From an uncultured Eubacteriales bacterium (lineage in GTDB: Bacteria; Bacillota; Clostridia; Eubacteriales; Anaerofustaceae), in the NCBI GenBank assembly GCA_902796565.1, contig CADBPP010000015.1:1-34018 (forward strand): 34,018 bases of DNA. The letters run 5' to 3'. Of the stretch, positions 27,411-34,018 are shown piece by piece. Both the position numbers and the translations under genes were made by a program. How positions within the stretch are numbered: the first letter of the stretch is position 1; each line of letters begins with the position of its first letter. The notes under the pieces are model-generated. The model had not been told where the DNA came from and made no database searches. It saw only the letters and a program-made list of their open reading frames with translations.

Positions 27411-27431
27411 CTTATCGACATCTTATCGACA
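27411..27431. repeat. Tandem direct decamer CTTATCGACA x2 (11-bp register)
   Basis: Exact copies at 27411-27420 and 27422-27431, about 90 nt upstream of the GTPase-NYN gene. The core TTATCGACA differs from the DnaA-box consensus TTATCCACA at one position. Confidence 0.5.
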
Positions 27432-27520
27432 AAATGTTCATAACTATGTGCATTTTGGGCCGGGATAAGCCCCCGTGAAGAGGGGCATGTTAAAAAAATA
27501 AAGCAAAAGGATAAAACCGC

Positions 27521-30100
27521 ATGAGAAAGATTACAGCGGGAATGATCGCCCACGTGGACGCGGGAAAGACGACCCTGGCGGAGGCGATGCTCTTCGCCTC
27601 AGGGCAGATCAGAAAACAGGGACGGGTGGACCACCGGGACACGACGATGGACAGCCATCTTCTGGAAAAACAGAGGGGCATAACCATCTTCGCCTCCCAG
27701 GCCTATATCCCCTGGGAGGATACCGGGATATACCTTCTGGATACCCCGGGACATGTGGACTTCTCCAGCGAGACCGAAAGGATAATGCGCATCCTGGACT
27801 GCGCCGTGCTGGTCATCAGCGGCACCGACGGGGTACAGGCCCATACCGTGACGCTGATGGAGATGCTCAGACACTACATGGTGCCCGTCTTCGTCTTCGT
27901 CACCAAGATGGACTACGCCAGGAAAGAAAGAGAAGAACTCCTCTCCGACATGAGAAAGAAGCTGGGAGAGGGCTTCGTCGACATCCTTTCGGAGGGATCA
28001 TCCGAGGAAGCGGCCATGCTGGATGAAGAGCTTCTCGAAAAGTATCTGTCGGAGGGGAAGCTCACGGATGAGGATCTGAGGGGGCTCATAAGATCATTAA
28101 GGCTGTTTCCGGTTTATTTCGGATCGGGCCTTAAGGACAGCGGGATAAACGAGTTCCTTTCATCCCTCTGCGCCCTGTGCCCGAAAAAAACGTATCCCGA
28201 CTCCTTCGGAGCAAGAGTGTTCAAAATAAGCAGGGACCCCCAGGGGGGCCGCCTGACCCACGTGAAGATCACCGGCGGCACAATCAGGGTAAAGGACAGC
28301 ATAGAGACCTCCCCCGCAAAGAGCGAGAAGGTCGACCAGATCAGGATGTATACCGGAGAGCGATTCAATACCGTGAGCGAGGCTTCGGCGGGGGACGTGT
28401 GCGTGCTGACCGGGCTCGGTTCCACCTACAGCGGACAGGGCCTCGGGTTCGAGGAAGACCTTTCGGGAAACCTTATGGAAAGCGTCATGGAATACAGGCT
28501 CAGGCTTCCGGAGGGAGAAGACCCCGTGAGGGCCTTTCGCACCCTGTCCGTCCTCTCGGAGGAGGATCCCTCTCTCAGACTGAGGTATGACAGCTCCCTG
28601 GGGGAGATAAGGATCAGCATCATGGGCCAGGTACAGACCGAGATCCTCACATCAGTCATAAGCGAGCGCTTCGGCATGCAGTGTTCCTTCGACATGGGCC
28701 GTGTGCTCTACAGGGAGACCATCGCTGATACGGTGGAAGGGATCGGGCACTATGAGCCCCTCAGGCATTACGCGGAGGTGCATCTTCTCATGGAACCCCT
28801 CCCGAGAGGGAGCGGCCTCGTATTCGCGGACCGCTGTCCCGACGAGGTACTGGAGCGCAACTGGAGGAACCTGGTCCTCACCCACCTGAGGGAAAAGCAG
28901 CATCCCGGCGTTCTTACAGGCTCACCGGTAACCGACATGAGGATCTCCCTGGTGTCCGGACGCAGCCATCTCAAGCACACCGAAGGCGGGGATTTCCGCC
29001 AGGCCACCTACAGGGCGGTGAGGCAGGGGCTGATGAAGGCGAAAAGCGTCCTCCTGGAGCCCTGGTATTCCTTCACCCTCACTGTCCCTTCCGAAACCGT
29101 GGGAAGGGCCATCAACGACATAAGGATGAGAAACGCCGTCTTTTCCTCCCCCGAGGAGGAGTCCGGCATGAGCGTCATCACCGGAAGGGCGCCTCTCACC
29201 TGTCTCTCGGACTATGCCCGGGAGGTATCATCCTATACTTCCGGCAGGGGAAAATTTTCGATGCAGCTGTGGGGCTACGATGATTGCCACGATCCCGACA
29301 GGGTGATCGAAGAAGCGGGCTACGATCCCATCACGGACCTTGAGAACCCCACCTCCAGCATCTTCTGCGCCAACGGCGGAGGCTTCGACGTCAGATGGGA
29401 CAGGGTGGAGGAATACATGCACCTGGAGAGCTTCCTGAAGACACCTTCTCCCGGGATACCGAAAGTGAAGCAGGCCAACCTGGATCTGGGAGAAAAGGAG
29501 CTTGAAGCCATCATAGAGCGGGAATTCGGCAGGAGCGTCCACCCCTTCTACCGTTCAAGGAGCACTGTGTCCGTCTCCTCCGCAAGGAGCAGCGAGGTCT
29601 ATGAACCCGTAAGGAAGTGGTATGTCATAGACGGCTACAACGTGATCTTCGCGTGGGATGAACTGAGGGACCTGGCACAGCGGGACATCGCAGCCGCCAG
29701 GGAAAAGCTCATCCACATCGTCAGCAACTTTTCCGCCTTTTGCTCGGTGGAAACGGTCCTGGTGTTCGACGGCTACAGGGTAAAGGGATCCTCAGGAGAG
29801 AAGAGCGATTATCAGGGCATACATCTGGTCTATACCATGGAAAACGAGACCGCGGACGCCTACATGCAGAAGCTCCTTTCCGAGATGGGGAAGAACGACC
29901 GTGTATATGTGGTCACCTCCGACAGTCTGGTACAGCTCTCCGCCATGCACTCCGGGGCGCTGAGACGTTCCGCCGCGGACTTCCGCGAAGAGGTGGAGAA
30001 CACCAATGACGAGATAAGAAGGATCCTCGCTTCCCAGGAGAAGGAGAGCTTCGTTATAGGGGAAGCTCTCGAAAACAGGGATGCCGCTCCGAAGGACTGA
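27521..30100 (+). CDS. TetM/TetO/EF-G-like translational GTPase fused to a C-terminal Rae1/YacP-type NYN ribonuclease domain
   Basis: Single uninterrupted 859-aa ORF. GTPase motifs: G1 'AHVDAGKTT' (aa 10-18), 'LEKQRGITI', G3 'DTPGH' (74-78), 'DGVQAHT', G4 'TKMD' (128-131), plus EF-G-like domains II-V ('LEPWYSFTLTVPSETVGRAINDI...'). The C-terminal aa ~700-845 aligns by eye to B. subtilis YacP/Rae1: 'YVIDGYNV' (D704), 'VLVFDGY' (D750), 'MENETADAYM' (D779), 'VYVVTSDS' (D801), 'GALRRSAADFREEVE'. Confidence 0.85.
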   Translation: MRKITAGMIAHVDAGKTTLAEAMLFASGQIRKQGRVDHRDTTMDSHLLEKQRGITIFASQAYIPWEDTGIYLLDTPGHVDFSSETERIMRILDCAVLVISGTDGVQAHTVTLMEMLRHYMVPVFVFVTKMDYARKEREELLSDMRKKLGEGFVDILSEGSSEEAAMLDEELLEKYLSEGKLTDEDLRGLIRSLRLFPVYFGSGLKDSGINEFLSSLCALCPKKTYPDSFGARVFKISRDPQGGRLTHVKITGGTIRVKDSIETSPAKSEKVDQIRMYTGERFNTVSEASAGDVCVLTGLGSTYSGQGLGFEEDLSGNLMESVMEYRLRLPEGEDPVRAFRTLSVLSEEDPSLRLRYDSSLGEIRISIMGQVQTEILTSVISERFGMQCSFDMGRVLYRETIADTVEGIGHYEPLRHYAEVHLLMEPLPRGSGLVFADRCPDEVLERNWRNLVLTHLREKQHPGVLTGSPVTDMRISLVSGRSHLKHTEGGDFRQATYRAVRQGLMKAKSVLLEPWYSFTLTVPSETVGRAINDIRMRNAVFSSPEEESGMSVITGRAPLTCLSDYAREVSSYTSGRGKFSMQLWGYDDCHDPDRVIEEAGYDPITDLENPTSSIFCANGGGFDVRWDRVEEYMHLESFLKTPSPGIPKVKQANLDLGEKELEAIIEREFGRSVHPFYRSRSTVSVSSARSSEVYEPVRKWYVIDGYNVIFAWDELRDLAQRDIAAAREKLIHIVSNFSAFCSVETVLVFDGYRVKGSSGEKSDYQGIHLVYTMENETADAYMQKLLSEMGKNDRVYVVTSDSLVQLSAMHSGALRRSAADFREEVENTNDEIRRILASQEKESFVIGEALENRDAAPKD

Positions 30101-30128
30101 GGGGCTTTTCCCGTTCCACAGAGAAATG

Positions 30129-30169
30129 ATCGGCCGGCGCATACACGCCGGGCCGATTCTTTTTTTTTA
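30129..30169 (+). terminator. Intrinsic terminator of the GTPase-NYN gene
   Basis: An 11-bp GC-rich stem with one bulge (ATCGGCCGGCG / CGCCgGGCCGAT, 30129-30157), followed by TCTTTTTTTTT. Confidence 0.85.
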
Positions 30170-30192
30170 TAGCTGCTGCAGTCATAATACAT

Positions 30193-30236
30193 AAAAACAG
30201 CGTATCCCGCTGCCCGCCGGGCTTCGCGATACGCTG
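30193..30236 (-). terminator. Probable intrinsic terminator of the GH1 gene
   Basis: The minus strand reads CAGCGTATC ... GATACGCTG (9-bp stem, 21-nt loop with an inner CCCG/CGGG helix), followed by TTTTTATG. Confidence 0.55.
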
Positions 30237-30255
30237 ATATCTCATGTGTTTTCTC

Positions 30256-32145
30256 TCATCGGCCGAGGATACGGTCGAGCTCATCCGTACCGGAAAGCTC
30301 CTCTTCTTCCGTCTCTTCGCCGGCAGCCGCGGAAGGCTCGTCCTCCGTATGCTCACGGGGCAGCTCTTCCCCTTCCTCTGCGGTTTCATTCCCGGGAGCT
30401 TCTACGGTATCCTCCGGCCCCTTTTCCTCCGGGGCAGCGTCCGGTACTTCCGCGCTGTCTTCGGGAACTTCTTCCACCGGCAGTGCATCTGTGGCGGCCG
30501 GCAGAGCATCCTCCTCAGCCTCATTTCCTCCTTCAGCCCCGTCTTCTTCAGAAGAGATCCTTCCGAGGATAACGTCAAGGCTGTGATGGATTTCATCATC
30601 AGGGGCAGGCGCATTTTCCCCATCAGGCATCTCCGCGGATGGGGCGCTCTGCAGCTGAGGCAGCGCCTCCTCTGCGGGAAGCTCGGTCCTGGCATTGAGG
30701 CCCTTATCCTCCCTGACGGAGAACTCGTCATAGCCCTCGGGGTCCGCGGCGTAGGCGGAAACGCTGGTGATGACTCCGGAACCGGCCTCGGACTTGAGAA
30801 ACTTCTCCCTGTCGGTGTACACCTCATCGATGCCCTCGAGGATCTTCCCCGTTATGTCATGATAATATGTCCCGGCGTATCTCAGTGTCATCTCCTCGGT
30901 GACGCCGTGGTTTTTTATCACATCCGCGTAGAACTCGCCGCTCCTCTTGAGCTTCATCTCACCGCCATCGTAGTCGGTATGCACGAGGCCGTAGCGGGCG
31001 AAATTGCCCTCCAGGAACTCGAAGCTGTCGGTGAAGCTCCTGTAGTAATATCCCTCAAAGTACACGGAAGATTCCGCCATGGCTTTAAGGTGTTCGTAGA
31101 TATATCTGATGCGGAAGAAGTCCTCGTTGTCGCATACGCCGTTCTCGGTCACTATGACGGGAAGGTCCGCGACGGATGTAAGATCCCTGGCGCACTTGAC
31201 CAGGCCCTCGGGACATATGGCGTTCCCGAGATCGCTCACCGGGAAGCCCTCCGGAGCGGGACGCTCCTCGTAACCCGTGACCATGGTGCCGTACTGGTAG
31301 TTCATGGCGATGAAATCGGCGTAGCATCCTTTGGGCATGCCCAGCTTTTTCACGGGCCTTGCGGCAACGCCTGCCAGTACCGCCTTGGCGAAGGACAGGT
31401 ATCCGAAGCTGTCGAGCCAGCCGGCGGCGCGGCGCTGGTAGCCGCTTTTGGGATCCTTCGGCTCATGATATATCGTTGCTATGGAGCAGCTCACCTTCAC
31501 GGGAGAGTATCCCAGCTGATCCGCCGCGGAATGTATAAGGCTGTAGGCCGACATATGGCATCTTGCCATGTTCGTGAGCACTTTGCGGTAGAGCTTGTAG
31601 GACTGTTTTCCGGGAGGGAAGCATCCGTAGAAATATCCGTTGATGGCATAGGTATTGGGTTCATTCATGGTGATGAAATCCTTCACCAGGTCCCCGAAGC
31701 TCTCCACCGCCTTTTTCACGTAGTGCAGGAAGATATCGACGCATCCGTCGTTCTCGAATCCTCCGAGTTCCATGAACCACAGGGGATCCGCGAAGCTGTG
31801 CAGCGTCAGCATGGGAACGATGCCCTTTGAGACGATATACTCCAATATCTCGCGGTAATGCTTAATGACGCCGTTGTTGAACACTCCCCTGGCAGGTTCG
31901 ATGCGGCTCCAGGATACGCCGAGCCTGAAGCGGGAGATGCCCATCTCGGCCATCAGATCCACTTCCCTCTTGTAGTTCTCGTAGAACCCGCATGCCTCAT
32001 CCGGGGACGCGCCGTCCTTTATGTATCCCTTCCTGTACCACTCGTACCAGGTGTTTCTTTTGTCATCTCCCTCGGTCTGCACCGCGCAGGCCGACACTCC
32101 GAGCATTATCTCGCTTTCCGGGATCCTGAGTTCTTCCATAGTCAA
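30256..32145 (-). CDS. Glycoside hydrolase family 1 (beta-glucosidase / 6-phospho-beta-glucosidase-like) with ~190-aa acidic C-terminal extension
   Basis: 629 aa. GH1 acid/base motif 'ITMNEPNTY' and nucleophile motif 'VIVTENGVCD'. Also 'FRLGVSWSRIEP' and 'MLTLHSFADPLWF'. The N-terminal 'F.WG.A.AA.Q.EG' signature is degenerate ('MLGVSACAVQTEGDD'). The tail is E/P/A-rich. Confidence 0.8.
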   Translation of the reverse strand: MTMEELRIPESEIMLGVSACAVQTEGDDKRNTWYEWYRKGYIKDGASPDEACGFYENYKREVDLMAEMGISRFRLGVSWSRIEPARGVFNNGVIKHYREILEYIVSKGIVPMLTLHSFADPLWFMELGGFENDGCVDIFLHYVKKAVESFGDLVKDFITMNEPNTYAINGYFYGCFPPGKQSYKLYRKVLTNMARCHMSAYSLIHSAADQLGYSPVKVSCSIATIYHEPKDPKSGYQRRAAGWLDSFGYLSFAKAVLAGVAARPVKKLGMPKGCYADFIAMNYQYGTMVTGYEERPAPEGFPVSDLGNAICPEGLVKCARDLTSVADLPVIVTENGVCDNEDFFRIRYIYEHLKAMAESSVYFEGYYYRSFTDSFEFLEGNFARYGLVHTDYDGGEMKLKRSGEFYADVIKNHGVTEEMTLRYAGTYYHDITGKILEGIDEVYTDREKFLKSEAGSGVITSVSAYAADPEGYDEFSVREDKGLNARTELPAEEALPQLQSAPSAEMPDGENAPAPDDEIHHSLDVILGRISSEEDGAEGGNEAEEDALPAATDALPVEEVPEDSAEVPDAAPEEKGPEDTVEAPGNETAEEGEELPREHTEDEPSAAAGEETEEEELSGTDELDRILGR

Positions 32146-32357
32146 ACCCTCTTCGTTTTCTGCGGAGATATCCGCAAGGTGATTTTATCACACCATCGGT
32201 CCTTTTTAAAGCATTATGGGAAAGAGCCGTCCCATTAATTGAGAGGAGGCTTCCGTTTGATTTAGCAGAATAAATTATCATTAATCACGGAATAAATGAT
32301 GAAATACTGTTCCGACTTTCACCGCCATAAGTTACAATTATACTGAAGGAGTATGCC

Positions 32358-34018
32358 ATGTTAAGTCTTAGAAACATCTCCAAGGAGTATCATACGGGCG
32401 GAGAGACCGTAAAGGCACTCAACAACGTCAGCCTGGACTTCCGTACCAATGAATTCGTATCCATCCTGGGGCCTTCAGGAGGAGGAAAGACCACCCTTTT
32501 GAACATCATAGGGGGGCTCGATCAGTATACCTCGGGAGACCTTATCATAAACGGCAGGAGCACCAAGAAGTACCGTGACCGCGACTGGGACAGCTACCGC
32601 AACCATTCCGTGGGCTTCGTTTTCCAGAGCTACAACCTGATACCGCACCAGAGCGTACTGCAGAACGTGGAGCTGGCCCTCACCCTTTCCGGTGTGAGCC
32701 CTTCAGAAAGAAAGAGAAGGGCCCGTAAGGCCCTGGAAGCAGTCGGGCTGGGTGACCAGATACGCAAAAAGCCCAATGAGATGTCCGGCGGCCAGATGCA
32801 GCGCGTGGCCATTGCCAGGGCAATAGTCAACGATCCGGACATCATCCTGGCGGATGAGCCCACGGGAGCGCTGGATACCCAGACCAGCCTGCAGGTGATG
32901 GAGATCCTGAAAGACATCGCCAGGGACCGCCTGGTGGTGATGGTCACCCACAATCCGGAGCTGGCGGAAAAGTATTCCACCAGGATCGTGCGCTTAAGGG
33001 ACGGACAGATCATAGACGATTCCAACCCCCTCTCCCCCGCGGAGACAGCCTCCGAAAAGGAGATGGAGAAGGCCATGGGACAGAAGAAGGAGAAGAAGCC
33101 CTCCATGTCCCTTCTGACCTCTTTCGGGCTGTCCTTCAAGAACCTTCTCTCGAAGAAGGCCCGCACCCTGCTGACCTCCTTCGCGGGAAGCATCGGGATC
33201 ATAGGCATAGCCCTGATCTACGCCGTGTCCCAGGGCACCAGCAACTACATAGACTCCATACAGCAGGATACCCTTTCGACATATCCTCTCACGATAACGG
33301 CGGAGACGGCGGACATGTCCTCCATCATGACGGCCTTCGGGGCCATGCTCAACGTCAAGGACGACAGACCCGAGGGCACATTGGTGGAAAAGCAGGTCAT
33401 GGGGCAGGTGTTCGCCCAGGTGGGCACCAATGACCTCAAGAGCCTCAAGCACTATATCGACGATCATTACGACGAGATAGACGATTACGTCAACGAGATC
33501 AAGTACAGCTACGGCATATCCCCGAGGGTCTATACCTATGACATCAACGGGGACGTGTTGAGGGTCAACCCCACCAGCATCTTCGCGGGCTATTATTCCG
33601 CATTCATGGGCGGCTCCTCGGTATTCAGCGAGATGATAACCAACAGGGAGCTGCTGGACAGCCAGTACGATATCCTGATGGGTTCCTGGCCCGACAGCTA
33701 CGACGAGCTGGTGTTCGTCCTCTCCGACCGGGGAACCATCACGGACTACATGGCCTACTGCCTGGGCCTTCTGGACCGTGCAGAGATCGAGGAGATGATG
33801 GAAAAGGTGCAGAATTCGGAGGAGATCGTCCTCAGGGAAGTTCCCAACGAATGGACCTATGAGGACATCATGGATCTGGACCTGAGACTGGTATTCGCCT
33901 ATCAGTTCTACCGCTACAATTCCGAATTCAACGTATGGGAGAACATGAGCTCCGACGGAGCTTACGTGGAGGATCTGGTGAAGAACGCGGAGAGACTCAA
34001 GATCTCCGGGATAGTGAT
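32358..34018 (+). CDS. ABC transporter, fused ATP-binding domain and FtsX/MacB-type permease (5' partial; runs off the window)
   Basis: Not in the ORF track because there is no stop inside the window. ATG 32358 follows GAAGGAG. My own translation gives 'MLSLRNISKEYHTGGETVKALNNVSLDF', Walker A 'GPSGGGKTT', 'FVFQSYNLIPH', signature 'MSGGQMQRVAIARA', Walker B 'IILADEPTGALD', 'VTHNPE'. Then a TM helix 'LLTSFAGSIGIIGIALIYAV' and a large extracytoplasmic domain. Confidence 0.85.
   Translation, partial: MLSLRNISKEYHTGGETVKALNNVSLDFRTNEFVSILGPSGGGKTTLLNIIGGLDQYTSGDLIINGRSTKKYRDRDWDSYRNHSVGFVFQSYNLIPHQSVLQNVELALTLSGVSPSERKRRARKALEAVGLGDQIRKKPNEMSGGQMQRVAIARAIVNDPDIILADEPTGALDTQTSLQVMEILKDIARDRLVVMVTHNPELAEKYSTRIVRLRDGQIIDDSNPLSPAETASEKEMEKAMGQKKEKKPSMSLLTSFGLSFKNLLSKKARTLLTSFAGSIGIIGIALIYAVSQGTSNYIDSIQQDTLSTYPLTITAETADMSSIMTAFGAMLNVKDDRPEGTLVEKQVMGQVFAQVGTNDLKSLKHYIDDHYDEIDDYVNEIKYSYGISPRVYTYDINGDVLRVNPTSIFAGYYSAFMGGSSVFSEMITNRELLDSQYDILMGSWPDSYDELVFVLSDRGTITDYMAYCLGLLDRAEIEEMMEKVQNSEEIVLREVPNEWTYEDIMDLDLRLVFAYQFYRYNSEFNVWENMSSDGAYVEDLVKNAERLKISGIV

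Noticed and set aside
27487-27501. Mini-ORF ATG TTA AAA AAA TAA (MLKK*), 20 nt upstream of the GTPase-NYN start. It could be a stalling leader peptide like those of erm or tet(M).
   Set aside because: It is only four codons. The purine-rich stretch before it is too close to the ATG to serve as a good SD. No alternative terminator/antiterminator pair flanks it. The evidence is too weak without comparative or ribosome-profiling data.
1-34018. Search for CRISPR arrays, IS/transposase or integrase genes, prophage genes, rRNA/tRNA genes and classic defence-system genes.
   Set aside because: None seen. There are no spaced direct repeats, no transposase, integrase or recombinase motifs, no terminal inverted repeats flanking a block, and no abrupt composition change I could detect by eye.

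Overview
This 34-kb window looks like a chromosomal, mostly housekeeping region of a moderately GC-rich Bacillota (Firmicutes), probably a Clostridia-type organism. The taxon call rests on RNase Y, YmdB, PgcA-like phosphoglucomutase, EngB/Lon, a T-box leader, and heavy use of AGG/AGA and ATA codons. It opens with the origin-proximal cluster recF-gyrB-gyrA (+ strand), followed by a nuclease-helicase fusion gene.

At 8051/8055 the orientation flips, and a long minus-strand block follows:
- pgcA-like phosphoglucomutase, ymdB and rny
- a tightly coupled lon-engB-serS-X-trpS operon
- a DUF2975-like / YozG-like HTH / large membrane protein operon
- a type-2-length ileS behind a clear T-box leader

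One divergent ATP-grasp gene interrupts that block. The right third is more accessory. It holds an HdeD/DUF308-like membrane protein with an acidic tail, an 859-aa gene, a GH1 glycosidase with a long acidic tail, and the 5' part of a fused ABC ATPase/permease.

The 859-aa gene is the most interesting item. It encodes a TetM/EF-G-like translational GTPase fused in-frame to a Rae1/YacP-type NYN endoribonuclease domain.

I found no rRNA, tRNA, CRISPR array or mobile element. All family assignments come from motif recognition by eye; no database search was possible.
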